Part shown: in pieces, positions 19,463 through 29,373 of the stretch | How the letters are laid out: each line of letters opens with the position of its first letter | Position numbering within the stretch: position 1 is the stretch's first letter | NCBI GenBank assembly: GCA_963643715.1 | Contig: CAVILQ010000003.1 | Location: forward strand, 3,219 to 67,218 | Source of the DNA: a bacterium | Lineage (GTDB): Bacteria; Bacillota_I; Bacilli_A; RFN20; CAG-288 | Length of the DNA: 64,000 bases | Direction of reading: 5' to 3' | Translations under genes and position numbers: made by a program | Notes under the pieces: generated by a model | Databases searched by the model: none | What the model was told of the DNA's origin: nothing | What the model saw: the letters and a program-made list of their open reading frames with translations, nothing else

Positions 19463-21703
19463 ATGTCAAAAGAAGTGTTCACTCTTGATTTCTACGGCAA
19501 GACACTCACTGTAGAAACCGGAGAAATCGCAAAACAGGCTGATGGCTCCGTCTTTGTCCGTTTCAATGATTCTGCTGTCCTATGTGCTGCTTGCGGTGCC
19601 CATGAGGCAAAACTTGGTCAGGATTTCTTCCCGTTGACCATCAACTATTTCGAACGTCAGTATGCTGCTGGTAAGATTCCGGGATCATTCCTTAGAAGAG
19701 AAGGAAGACAGTCTACCCGTGAAACTTTGATTTCTAGACTCATCGATAGACCGATTCGTCCGATGTTCCCCGAAGGATATGTCAACGAAACTCAGGTCAC
19801 TTGTACAGTCATGTCCGCTGATCCGGATGCCTGCACAGATATGTCTGCTATGTTTGGTGCTTCCTTAGCACTTTGCATCTCCGATATTCCGTTTGAAGGA
19901 CCGATTGCCGGTGTTCATGTCGGTAGAGTCAATGGCGAATTGATCATCGATCCTACTGTTGAACAGATGGCGCAGTCCGATATCGATCTTTCTGTCGCTG
20001 GTACCGAAACTGCTATCAATATGGTTGAAGCCGGTGCTAACGAAGTCAGTGAAGATGATATGCTTGAAGCTTTGATGTTCGGTCATGAAGCTATCAAGAA
20101 ACTCTGCGCATTTGAAAAGGAAATCGTCAGCAAGGTTGGTAAGACAAAGAGACCGCTTAACATTTATCATATCGATGATGCGTTTGCTGATAAGTGCCGT
20201 AACTATGTTGCTCCTGGTCAGAGTGAAACGACTGAGAACAGAATCATCAAAGCTGTTTCCATCTTTGACAAATTGGAAAGACAAAACACAATTGATGCCT
20301 TAGAAAAAGAGGTTATCGATCTTGTTGATAAAGCTGACTTCCTCACCGGCGAGAAATATGAGACAATGCAGGCTCATGATCTTGCTGTCAATGAAGCAAA
20401 GGAAGTCCTCGAAGTTGTTGTCCGTAATGAAGTAAGACGCCTTATCACTGTTGACAAGGTCAGACCGGATGGAAGAAAGGTCGATGAAATCAGACCTTTG
20501 GATGCTCAGGTTCATCTTCTTCCTAGAGCCCATGGTTCTGCTATGTTCACCCGTGGACAAACTCAGGTCATCTCTTCTTGTACATTAGGTTCCTTAGATG
20601 ATGCTCAGATCCTCGATAACATCACTGGTGATACCACAAAGAGATGGATGCATCATTATAACTTCCCGCCTTTCTCTGTTGGAGAATTAGGAAGAATGGG
20701 AACTCCAGGCCGTCGTGAAATCGGTCATGGTAATTTGGGTGAAAGAGCTCTTAGCTATGTCATTCCTTCTGAAGAGGAATTCCCTTATACAATCCGTTGC
20801 GTCGCTGATGTCTGCGAATCCAACGGTTCTTCCTCTCAGGCTTCCATTTGTGCGTCTTGCATGGCTTTGATGGATGCTGGCGTTCCGCTTAAGGCTCCTG
20901 TCTCCGGCATTGCTATGGGTCTTATCACTTCTGGACCTTTGGATGGAAATCATCCTTATACAATTCTTACCGATATTCAGGGTATGGAAGATCACCTTGG
21001 TGATATGGACTTCAAGGTTGCCGGAACTCCCAACGGCATTACAGCCCTTCAGATGGATATCAAGATCCGTGGTATCACAAAGGACATTCTCAGAGAAGCT
21101 TTATATCAGGCAAAGCCTGCTAGAAAGCAGATCCTTGATGTCATGCTTGCTGCAATCCCTGAACCGAGAGAAGAACTCTCTGAATTTGCCTTAAAGATGA
21201 AGCGTTTCAATATCGCTACTGACAAGATCAGAGAAGTCATCGGTAGCCAGGGCAAAGTCATCAATTCCATCATTGATGAATGCAACAAAGATGTCAAGAT
21301 TGATATCAATGATGATGGCCGTGTCATTCTCTATTCTGTCCATAAGGATATGATTGAGAAAGCCTATGGAATGATCATGTCTATCGCTAAGGTTCCCGAA
21401 GTCGGTGAAATCTATGATGGAAAGGTTGTCCGTATTGAATCCTATGGTGCTTTCGTTAACCTCTACGGCAATACCGATGCCTTATGCCACATCTCTAAAC
21501 TCGGTTGGAACCGTGTTGAGAAGGTCGAAGATGTATGCAAGCTTGGAGACACTTTGAAAGTCATCATCACAGGAATCGACGCTCAGGGCAGAATCGATAT
21601 CTCCCATCGTGAATTCCTTCCTAAGCCTGAAGGTTATGTCGAAAGACCGGACCGTCCACGTGAAAACAAAGACAGAAAGTCTTTCCATCACGATCACAGA
21701 TAA
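19463..21703 (+). CDS. pnp: polyribonucleotide nucleotidyltransferase (PNPase)
   Basis: Two RNase PH domains, KH and S1 (GKVVRIESYGAFVNL) domains; N-term MSKEVFTLDFYGKTLTVETGEIAKQADGSV; AAAGAGGT RBS. Confidence 0.95.
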   Translation: MSKEVFTLDFYGKTLTVETGEIAKQADGSVFVRFNDSAVLCAACGAHEAKLGQDFFPLTINYFERQYAAGKIPGSFLRREGRQSTRETLISRLIDRPIRPMFPEGYVNETQVTCTVMSADPDACTDMSAMFGASLALCISDIPFEGPIAGVHVGRVNGELIIDPTVEQMAQSDIDLSVAGTETAINMVEAGANEVSEDDMLEALMFGHEAIKKLCAFEKEIVSKVGKTKRPLNIYHIDDAFADKCRNYVAPGQSETTENRIIKAVSIFDKLERQNTIDALEKEVIDLVDKADFLTGEKYETMQAHDLAVNEAKEVLEVVVRNEVRRLITVDKVRPDGRKVDEIRPLDAQVHLLPRAHGSAMFTRGQTQVISSCTLGSLDDAQILDNITGDTTKRWMHHYNFPPFSVGELGRMGTPGRREIGHGNLGERALSYVIPSEEEFPYTIRCVADVCESNGSSSQASICASCMALMDAGVPLKAPVSGIAMGLITSGPLDGNHPYTILTDIQGMEDHLGDMDFKVAGTPNGITALQMDIKIRGITKDILREALYQAKPARKQILDVMLAAIPEPREELSEFALKMKRFNIATDKIREVIGSQGKVINSIIDECNKDVKIDINDDGRVILYSVHKDMIEKAYGMIMSIAKVPEVGEIYDGKVVRIESYGAFVNLYGNTDALCHISKLGWNRVEKVEDVCKLGDTLKVIITGIDAQGRIDISHREFLPKPEGYVERPDRPRENKDRKSFHHDHR

Positions 21704-21713
21704 ATGATTATTG

Positions 21714-21746
21714 ACTACAGCGGAAATTCCGCTGTAGTCTTTTTTC
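21714..21746 (+). terminator. Rho-independent terminator after pnp
   Basis: Hairpin ctacagcggaaattccgctgtag followed by TCTTTTTTCC; 10 nt after pnp stop. Confidence 0.7.
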
Positions 21747-21778
21747 CCTTTTCGGTTTTTTATATAATAGTTATCAGT

Positions 21779-23698
21779 ATGAGGAACAAAATTATCATTA
21801 GCAGTTTATCTCTTCTTTTGCTTTCTTCAATTGTTTCCTGTGGAAAGAAAATGACAGGACGGATTACTTTTGAACTGAATGGAGGAGCCTTCCCTGCATC
21901 TTTCGGTACAAATTATATCGAGGGTGAGAGTGGGACCGCGATTTTGACTGAAATCCCAGATCCTTCTAAATCGGGATACTATTTTGTAGGATGGAGAGAA
22001 AAAGCAAAGGATGGCTCTTATCGCGTCATTAATAAGAGAACGGATAAAGACGGAAAGTCATACTATTTTTATCCTTATGTGAACGACACCTTCTATGCTT
22101 ATTTTGAGCCTTTGTCTACCATAACCTTTGATTTGACAGAAGGAAAGGATGTTGCATCGTTAGTTGCTCCCAAAGTGGATTCGACCTCTTTCAAGGATGG
22201 AAAACTGAACGGATATGCATCTAAGAAATTGCTCTCCGTTGATTATCTTCCAACTGTTTCTGTTGTCGATGATGGACATCTGACCTTCGATTATTGGTAT
22301 ACAAAATATCCGTTAAAAGGTGTTACCGATGAAAACGGACAAAAACATTATTCGTTAGATATCGATGGAGAAATCGGTGAATATGAATTCGACCGTTCTT
22401 TTGGAACGGACAATATGTCATTCCCTATTTCTGATGACAACAATTTTATCTTGTATGCAAAGTGGACTGCTGATCCAACTATCACAGTGCATTATAATCT
22501 CGATGGAGTAGAAGATTCTGTCTTCCAAGGAAAGAACAATATTTCTTCCATACTGATCTCTGAGATGCTAGAAAAGATTGGAATTGATCTCAATGCAGAG
22601 AATCAGGACTGTTTCTATACATCAGATAAGAAGAAAAGATTCCGTGGATTCTATTTGGATTCCGAATTGAAGACAAGGTTTAACTTATCTTCCACGATTG
22701 CGGATAGCAATGTTGATCTATACCTTGGATGGGACAATCAGATTTCTGTTACATTGGATTATCAAAGCGGTGAGTGCAATGGAACAAATATGGAAGTCTT
22801 CTCGACTGAATATTATTTCAGTGATGTCTTAGGTGAAGATTTCTATAATGCCCATATTCCAACCGCTTATCAGAAAGACTTTATCGGTTATCAGTTAGAT
22901 GGTGTTTCCTTCGACGTCAGAAAAGATTCCTTGCCGGATCACGATGTTACACTTGTTGCTGTATATGATGACTATCCGACTTTGAAACTTCACTATGATT
23001 ATCCGGATGAGTATACAGGAACGAAACTTAGCGATTTTGAATCGAAAATAAAGAGTGGTAATAATATCTCTTCCATATACAAGGATTTCGAAGAGACACT
23101 TGATGATGAAACGCTCGTCTCTGTCGGATACTATAAGATTGATGGAGACAAAGAGATTGATCTTGATTCGGAATACATGCCAAAAGATGATTTCGATGTC
23201 TATCTAAAACTGAATTATCGTCCATACATTGACATTGAAGTCTACATGAATGTATCTGAAGATTATTCGAAACAAGATGACTCCTCTGAGAAGTTCTTCT
23301 TGAATGATGACGATGTCGTTGACGTGACTTATTTGAAAGATAGAACTGCTTCCATTGTCAAAGACGGAGAGACTTATTTATTTGACGGTTTCTATTCCGA
23401 TATTGATTTTTCCTCCATGGCCTTCTTCCCTATCAGCCTTTCCTCCTCTCATGAGAAGGTCAATTCAAGAACACTTTATCAGAAAATGACAAAGGCAATC
23501 GATGTTACTTTCGTTGAGAAGTCTTCTGGTCAGACAATTGGTGATGTGAAAATCATCCCTGGTTCTAAAATCACTGATTCCTCGGAAGTTACCTCATTGT
23601 TAGGGGAATACACAAAACTGACTCTCGTTGTTGATGGAAGTGAAAAAGAGACTCAGTATTTCCCTTCTAGCAGTACAACTATCTACGTCTATCGTTAG
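21779..23698 (+). CDS. lipoprotein with multiple Listeria-Bacteroides (Flg_new, PF09479-type) repeats
   Basis: MRNKIIISSLSLLLLSSIVSCGKK lipobox; repeats ITFELNGG...GYYFVGW, FDYWYTKYP, FILYAKWT, FIGYQLDG, DLYLGWD match the NGG...GY.F.GW...LYA.W consensus; ORF-track N-extension (21704) overlaps the pnp terminator and is rejected. Confidence 0.7.
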   Translation: MRNKIIISSLSLLLLSSIVSCGKKMTGRITFELNGGAFPASFGTNYIEGESGTAILTEIPDPSKSGYYFVGWREKAKDGSYRVINKRTDKDGKSYYFYPYVNDTFYAYFEPLSTITFDLTEGKDVASLVAPKVDSTSFKDGKLNGYASKKLLSVDYLPTVSVVDDGHLTFDYWYTKYPLKGVTDENGQKHYSLDIDGEIGEYEFDRSFGTDNMSFPISDDNNFILYAKWTADPTITVHYNLDGVEDSVFQGKNNISSILISEMLEKIGIDLNAENQDCFYTSDKKKRFRGFYLDSELKTRFNLSSTIADSNVDLYLGWDNQISVTLDYQSGECNGTNMEVFSTEYYFSDVLGEDFYNAHIPTAYQKDFIGYQLDGVSFDVRKDSLPDHDVTLVAVYDDYPTLKLHYDYPDEYTGTKLSDFESKIKSGNNISSIYKDFEETLDDETLVSVGYYKIDGDKEIDLDSEYMPKDDFDVYLKLNYRPYIDIEVYMNVSEDYSKQDDSSEKFFLNDDDVVDVTYLKDRTASIVKDGETYLFDGFYSDIDFSSMAFFPISLSSSHEKVNSRTLYQKMTKAIDVTFVEKSSGQTIGDVKIIPGSKITDSSEVTSLLGEYTKLTLVVDGSEKETQYFPSSSTTIYVYR

Positions 23699-23779
23699 GT
23701 TCTATTTGATAATATAAATTTATTTATTATAATAAACAGGTTTGACTAAATTAAAAAGTTTTAGAGAAAGTGTGATAAC

Positions 23780-24895
23780 ATGAGTTTAACAGCTGGTATT
23801 GTCGGTTTGCCTAATGTCGGAAAATCTACCTTATTCAACGCTATTACCAATAGCAACATTTTGGCAGAAAATTATCCTTTTGCAACAATTGATCCGAATA
23901 CAGGAGTCGTGGAAGTCAATGATTCTAGAGTGGATGCCTTGGTTGAAATCTTCCATCCAAAGAAGACAGTCAGAGCAACATTTGAGTTCACTGATATTGC
24001 TGGTCTTATCAAAGGCGCTAGCAAAGGTGAAGGCTTAGGAAATCAGTTCTTAGGAAACATTCGTAACACGGATGCTATTATTCATGTTGTTCGCTGCTTC
24101 GATTCCAGTGATATTCTGACTTACAACGGAAGACCGGTTGATCCTGTCGCTGATGCAATGGAAGTCAACCTTGAATTGATGCTCTCCGATATCGATGTTA
24201 TGAACAAGAGATTGGAGAAAGTTGAAAGAAAGGCATTGACCACAAAGGATAAGCTTGCCTTGGTCGAGGTTTCCGCCCTTCATAAGCTGATTGATGGATT
24301 ACAGAGTGAGAAGATGGCAAGAGATGTTGCCTTATCCTCAGCGGAGGAAGAAGTTGCAAAGACTTTCAATCTTATCACGATGAAACCAGTCATCTATGTC
24401 GGTAATGTAGATGAGGAAAGCTATGCGAATCCGGATGGCAATCCCTATTTTGCCAAATTGAAGGAATTTGCCGCACAAAATCATGCAGAGTGCATTCCTG
24501 TATCCGCTAAGATCGAAGAGGAACTCTCTCGTGTCTCACCGGAAGATAGGCAAGAATACTTAGAAAGCTTAGGAACGACTCAGACAGGCTTGGATAAAGT
24601 CACATTTGCTGCCTATCATATCCTTGGACTGAGAACATTCTTCACCGGTGGAGAAGATGAAGTCAGAGCATGGACATTCCATGAAGGATATACCGCTCCG
24701 GAATGTGCGGGTGTCATTCACACTGACTTCCAGAAGTTCTTCCTTAAGGCTGAGGTTTATTCCTATGATGATTTGATTGCCTTAGGAACAGAACTTGCTG
24801 TCAAGGAAGCGGGAAAGATGATGACAGTCGGCAAAGATTATATTGTCAAAGACGGAGATATCCTTTATATCCGTTCCGCTGCCAAGAAGAAATAA
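23780..24895 (+). CDS. ychF: redox-regulated ATPase YchF (Obg-family GTPase)
   Basis: MSLTAGIVGLPNVGKSTLFNAIT G1 motif, TGS-like C-terminal domain, 371 aa. Confidence 0.95.
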   Translation: MSLTAGIVGLPNVGKSTLFNAITNSNILAENYPFATIDPNTGVVEVNDSRVDALVEIFHPKKTVRATFEFTDIAGLIKGASKGEGLGNQFLGNIRNTDAIIHVVRCFDSSDILTYNGRPVDPVADAMEVNLELMLSDIDVMNKRLEKVERKALTTKDKLALVEVSALHKLIDGLQSEKMARDVALSSAEEEVAKTFNLITMKPVIYVGNVDEESYANPDGNPYFAKLKEFAAQNHAECIPVSAKIEEELSRVSPEDRQEYLESLGTTQTGLDKVTFAAYHILGLRTFFTGGEDEVRAWTFHEGYTAPECAGVIHTDFQKFFLKAEVYSYDDLIALGTELAVKEAGKMMTVGKDYIVKDGDILYIRSAAKKK

Positions 24896-24897
24896 GT

Positions 24898-25377
24898 ATG
24901 GATATCAGAACAGGGTTTGGTTACGATATTCATCGCTTTGAAGAGAATGGGAAAAGATTTGTCTTAGCTGGAATCGAGATTCCAGGAAGAAAAATCAAGG
25001 CTCATTCAGATGGTGATTGTCTCTATCATTCTCTTAGCAACGCGATACTTTCTGCACTTGGATTAGAAGATATTGGAACATACTTTCCAGACAATCAGAA
25101 GGATACGGAAGATATAAGCAGTGAAGATATTCTCTCATTCTCTTTGGCTCAGATGGTCCAGAAAGGGTTTGAAATATCGAATGTCGTCATTGATGTCCAA
25201 TTGCAAAACATCAAACTGAAAGATTATAAAGAAGAGATGAAAACACGTCTCTCTGAGGTGATCGGCATTGATACTAGCCGAATTGCCATCCATGCCAACA
25301 CCAAGGAAAAGTTGGATGCCGTTGGAGAAGATAAAGCCGTAGTCGTTTATTCAAATGTGTGTTTAGTGAAAATGTGA
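24898..25377 (+). CDS. ispF: 2-C-methyl-D-erythritol 2,4-cyclodiphosphate synthase
   Basis: IRTGFGYDIHRF and HSDGDCLYHSL metal-binding motifs; 159 aa. Confidence 0.9.
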   Translation: MDIRTGFGYDIHRFEENGKRFVLAGIEIPGRKIKAHSDGDCLYHSLSNAILSALGLEDIGTYFPDNQKDTEDISSEDILSFSLAQMVQKGFEISNVVIDVQLQNIKLKDYKEEMKTRLSEVIGIDTSRIAIHANTKEKLDAVGEDKAVVVYSNVCLVKM

Positions 25378-25387
25378 GGTGCCATTT

Positions 25388-27037
25388 ATGGATATTCAAC
25401 AGAAAATAAAAGAAGAACTCAAGAGAGTCATCATAGAGCTCGGTGGCGAAGTTGAGGACAAAGAGATTGTCCTTTCTCCTTCCGATACAAGAGAACATGG
25501 AGATTATGCCTCCAATCTGGCGATGAGAAAGGCTAAGACATTCCATAAGAATCCTATGGATTTAGCAAGTGACATCATCGCAAAATTCTCTTTGGACGGC
25601 GTTGATCATATCGAAGCCTGCAAGCCTGGCTTTTTGAACTTCTTTTTAAAGCAGGATGAATTAGGCTCCATCATTAAGACAATCGTTAAAGATCCAGAAC
25701 ATTACGGAGATCTCGACATTGGAAAAGGAATCAAAGTCGATATTGAATATGTTTCAGCCAATCCGACTGGAACTCTTCATTTAGGTCATGCCAGAGGAGC
25801 CGCATTAGGTGACTGCCTTGCTAGACTTTACAAGAAGTCCGGATATGATGTCACCCGTGAATACTATGTCAATGATGCCGGCGTACAAATGGACCATCTT
25901 GCTGAATCTTTGATGGTTCGTTATCTTCAGGAGTTTGGAAAAGATGCTGAGCTTCCTGATGATGGATATCATGGACCTGAAATCATTAACTTAGCTAAGG
26001 AGCTTAAAAAGAAAGTTGGAGACAGCTATCTTCTTGATCCGGAAAGCCATTTGGATGACTTCAAAAAGTTCGGCGGCATGAAACTCCTTGACGCCATCAA
26101 AAAAGATCTTCATGATTTCCGTGTCGATCAGGATGTCTATACTTCCGAAAAGGCAATCCGTCAAAGAGGAGATGTTGAAAAAGTCTTAGATGCATTAAGA
26201 CCTTATTGCTATGAGCAGGATGGTGCTCTTTGGCTCAATACTACCAAAGACGGAGATGATAAGGACAGGGTCTTAGTCAAATCCGATGGAAACTACACCT
26301 ACCTTCTCCCGGATATCGCTTATCACAATGACAAATTCAATCGTGGATTTGATTTGCTTATCGATTTATTCGGAGCGGATCACCATGGATACGTGATGCG
26401 TTTGAAATCTTCTCAGAAAGATTTAGGACATAATCCGGATGCATTGCAGGTATCACTTGTTCAGATGGTTCGTCTCTTCAAAAATGGTGAAGAGTTCAAG
26501 ATGAGCAAACGTACCGGAAACGCAATCTCCATGAAGGAACTTGTCGAAGAGGTTGGTGTTGATGCTGTCCGTTACTTCTTTGTTTCCAGAAGCGGAACCT
26601 CTCATCTTGATTTCGATATCGATCTTGCCAAGACCCTTGGAAGTGAGAACCCGGTCTATTACGCCCAGTACACTCATGCTAGACTCTGCGGAATCATGAA
26701 TAACGCAAAGGATTTCTATCCGATCGATTATTCCTCTTCTCTCTTAGTCAGTGAGTCTGAGAAGAATCTTCTCATCCTCTTGAAAGGATATTCTGATGCC
26801 ATCAAGTCCGCTACACTTGAAAATGAACCTTATAAGATCACAAATTATATCCATACATTAGCTCAGAGCATCAACGAATTCTATACAAAATGCCGCGTCA
26901 TCGATAGCCAGAATCCGGAACTCACAAAAGAGAGACTTGGACTTGTTGAAGCTTGCAAAGATGTCCTTGCTTCTGCTTTGAATCTTGTCGCTGTCGATGC
27001 ACCTGTCAGAATGGTGTCCACTGAAAAAGCAGAATAA
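25388..27037 (+). CDS. argS: arginine--tRNA ligase
   Basis: Class I HIGH motif region ANPTGTLHLGHARGAALGDCLARL; KMSK-like MSKRTGN; DALR anticodon-binding C-terminus; ATG at 25388 preferred over upstream GTG. Confidence 0.95.
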   Translation: MDIQQKIKEELKRVIIELGGEVEDKEIVLSPSDTREHGDYASNLAMRKAKTFHKNPMDLASDIIAKFSLDGVDHIEACKPGFLNFFLKQDELGSIIKTIVKDPEHYGDLDIGKGIKVDIEYVSANPTGTLHLGHARGAALGDCLARLYKKSGYDVTREYYVNDAGVQMDHLAESLMVRYLQEFGKDAELPDDGYHGPEIINLAKELKKKVGDSYLLDPESHLDDFKKFGGMKLLDAIKKDLHDFRVDQDVYTSEKAIRQRGDVEKVLDALRPYCYEQDGALWLNTTKDGDDKDRVLVKSDGNYTYLLPDIAYHNDKFNRGFDLLIDLFGADHHGYVMRLKSSQKDLGHNPDALQVSLVQMVRLFKNGEEFKMSKRTGNAISMKELVEEVGVDAVRYFFVSRSGTSHLDFDIDLAKTLGSENPVYYAQYTHARLCGIMNNAKDFYPIDYSSSLLVSESEKNLLILLKGYSDAIKSATLENEPYKITNYIHTLAQSINEFYTKCRVIDSQNPELTKERLGLVEACKDVLASALNLVAVDAPVRMVSTEKAE

Positions 27038-27136
27038 CATTGATTTTTGCATAAATTGTTTTATTTCGGCTTGTTTTAATAGTATACTTGTAAAGCCTAG
27101 ATTGAATTATATTGTTTTGATAAAGGAGAATATACC

Positions 27137-27577
27137 ATGGTAGAAAAATCATTAGTCAGCGTCGCTTATGAGATCCTTAGCGAAGACTATAACAACGGAA
27201 AGACAAATCCGAAGCCCTTCCTTGAACTTTGTTCTGAAATCTGCAGCAGAGTCAATTTGACAGAAGAGGAATTCATGAAGTTGGTTTCCCGCTTCTATAC
27301 TGACCTGACATTGGATGGACGTTTCGTCATCAAAGAGAACAATACATGGGTCTTAAGAGAACATGTAAAGTACAAAGAACTTCATACCGACATGAATAAG
27401 GCTTATTCTGAAATGGTCGATGATGATGAATTTGATGAAAACGGAAAGAAGAAATCAGAAGAAAATGGTGATGATGTCGAAGAATCCGAACTCTTCAACG
27501 ATAATGAAGACGATAACTATGGACTTGACGATAAAGTTGAGAGCGGCACGGATGACGAAGACGGAGAAAACGACTGA
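27137..27577 (+). CDS. rpoE: DNA-directed RNA polymerase subunit delta
   Basis: N-terminal HARE-HTH LVSVAYEIL...FYTDLTLDGRFV (cf. B. subtilis IAQFYTDLNIDGRFL) plus D/E-rich acidic C-terminal tail. Confidence 0.8.
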   Translation: MVEKSLVSVAYEILSEDYNNGKTNPKPFLELCSEICSRVNLTEEEFMKLVSRFYTDLTLDGRFVIKENNTWVLREHVKYKELHTDMNKAYSEMVDDDEFDENGKKKSEENGDDVEESELFNDNEDDNYGLDDKVESGTDDEDGEND

Positions 27578-27592
27578 TTTGATTTGTTTATG

Positions 27593-27632
27593 CGAAGCCC
27601 TCTGAAAAATCAAAGGGCTTTTTGTTTATTGA
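27593..27632 (+). terminator. Rho-independent terminator after rpoE
   Basis: aagccct...agggctt stem followed by TTTTTGTTTATT. Confidence 0.6.
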
Positions 27633-27646
27633 AAGGGTAATCTAAA

Positions 27647-28594
27647 ATGAGTTATTTTGATGAAGATAGAGAAAAAGTATTCTCGGAATTGGAAAAGGCT
27701 GACAGCATTGTCATATTCGGACATAAAAATCCAGATGGTGACTGTGTCGGCTCTGTGTTAGGCATGAAACATGCCTTGAAGGCACTTTTCCCAAATAAAC
27801 ACGTTTACGCATTAGGCACACATCCTAGTTATCTTCCTGTTGCTGAGGAAAGTGATGTTGTGAGTGATGAAATCATCGAAAATTCCTTGGCATTGATGGT
27901 GGATTTATCGGATCTTGAACGTGTTGAAGATCAGAGAATCCTCAAGGCACCTTCGATTGTCTGCATCGATCATCATATGAAGCAGTATGATGTTCCGTTT
28001 GCCATTGTCCGTGATGAAAAGGCTCCTTCTGCTACCTTCATCATCGCCAAATGTCTCATGCTTCGCTATGGAAAGATTCCGACACCTCAGTGCGCTTATT
28101 ACCTTTACATGGGACTTGTCACGGATAGCGGAAGATTCCAGTATGATGCAGAACCTGAGACGCTCGAAATCGCTGGTAAGCTTGTCAGCTATGGCGTGGA
28201 CTACAAATCGATGTATAATGAGCTCTATCGTCAGTCTTCCATTGATTTGAAATATCGTTCTGTCATCTATCAGAACTTTAAGTTCGATGGTCTTGTCACT
28301 TATTGTCTGATGCCGAAAGCAACCTATTTGGAACTTGGCCTATCCCAGAATGAAGCAAGCGGTAAGGTGAATCTACTTTCCATGCTAGACGATCATCCGA
28401 TGTGGGCGTTTTTCACCGAACAGGATGATGGCATAATCCGTGTCGAGCTCCGTTCCAATGGAAAATACAATGTTCAGAAAGTCGCTACTCAGTTCAATGG
28501 TGGCGGACATCTTGCTGCATCCGGTTGCCGTTTAGAGAACTTTGATCGAGTTCAGGAAGTTCTGGATGCTTTGAATAAGGCAGAAAAGATTTAA
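27647..28594 (+). CDS. nrnA: bifunctional oligoribonuclease / pAp phosphatase NrnA (DHH-DHHA1)
   Basis: DHH motifs IVIFGHKNPDGDCVGS, IDHH, C-terminal DHHA1 GGGHLAASG. Confidence 0.8.
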   Translation: MSYFDEDREKVFSELEKADSIVIFGHKNPDGDCVGSVLGMKHALKALFPNKHVYALGTHPSYLPVAEESDVVSDEIIENSLALMVDLSDLERVEDQRILKAPSIVCIDHHMKQYDVPFAIVRDEKAPSATFIIAKCLMLRYGKIPTPQCAYYLYMGLVTDSGRFQYDAEPETLEIAGKLVSYGVDYKSMYNELYRQSSIDLKYRSVIYQNFKFDGLVTYCLMPKATYLELGLSQNEASGKVNLLSMLDDHPMWAFFTEQDDGIIRVELRSNGKYNVQKVATQFNGGGHLAASGCRLENFDRVQEVLDALNKAEKI

Positions 28595-29373
28595 TGTTTG
28601 AGAAGGAATTGAACGCCATGATCCTTGCCGCTAAAAAGGCGAGTGAGGAAATCATGAATATTTATCGTAAAGGGTTCACAGTCTCTGAGAAGGATGACCT
28701 TTCACCTGTGACAGACGCTGATATTGCTTCGAATCGTATCATACGTCAAATACTTTCACCATTCTCTGATATTGGATGGCTGAGTGAAGAAGATGCGGAT
28801 GATTTAACAAGACTGGAGAAGAGAAAGCTCTTTGTGATTGATCCGTTGGATGGTACGTCGGACTTTGTTCAGAAGGATGATTCATTTGGTGTCAACATTG
28901 CTTTAGTTGTAGATAAAAGACCTGTCTGCTCGGTGATTGCTATACCGGCTCAGGATAAAATCTATTATGCGATGAAAGACAAAGGCGCCTACTATCTAAA
29001 TGGAAAAAGAAGCATTCCTCTTCATACATCGGATAGAACAGATAATCTTATCTTCCTTGTTTCTAAAACACATGTATCCAAAAAAGATGAAGAACTGATT
29101 GCTAAAAATCGAAATATTATAAAGGAAGTTGTACCTTTAGGAGCATCGACAAAAGCGGTGTCTATCGCCTCAGGTGAAGCAGATTGCTGTGTCCGATACA
29201 CCAATATGACAAAGGAGTGGGACATTTGTGCTCCAGATCTTCTTGTTCAAGAAGCAGGCGGCTTATTCGTTGATACATTGAAGCGTGCCTTTGTCTATAA
29301 TAGAGAGAATGTCTATAATTCAGATGGCTATTGTATGTTTAACAAGAAAGAGAATATGGAGAAACTGATATGA
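28594..29373 (+). CDS. inositol monophosphatase / CysQ-family 3'(2'),5'-bisphosphate nucleotidase
   Basis: IMPase motifs WLSEEDAD, VIDPLDGTSDF, WDICAPDLLVQEAGG; overlaps nrnA stop and downstream start. Confidence 0.75.
   Translation: MFEKELNAMILAAKKASEEIMNIYRKGFTVSEKDDLSPVTDADIASNRIIRQILSPFSDIGWLSEEDADDLTRLEKRKLFVIDPLDGTSDFVQKDDSFGVNIALVVDKRPVCSVIAIPAQDKIYYAMKDKGAYYLNGKRSIPLHTSDRTDNLIFLVSKTHVSKKDEELIAKNRNIIKEVVPLGASTKAVSIASGEADCCVRYTNMTKEWDICAPDLLVQEAGGLFVDTLKRAFVYNRENVYNSDGYCMFNKKENMEKLI

Noticed and set aside
19865-21327. Antisense ORFs of 70-140 aa within pnp
   Set aside because: They lie inside a near-certain housekeeping gene and have no independent signals.
21704-21778. N-terminal extension of the Flg_new lipoprotein ORF (MIIDYSGNSAVVFFPF...)
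   Set aside because: It overlaps the pnp rho-independent terminator hairpin. The downstream Met gives a canonical signal peptide and lipobox.
25379-25387. GTG alternative start for argS overlapping the ispF stop
   Set aside because: The ATG at 25388 sits at good distance from a GAGGTG SD. The extension adds only MPF.
27420-27605. 61-aa + ORF in alternate frame across the rpoE acidic tail
   Set aside because: An artefact of the GA-rich repeat encoding the D/E tail of RNA polymerase delta.
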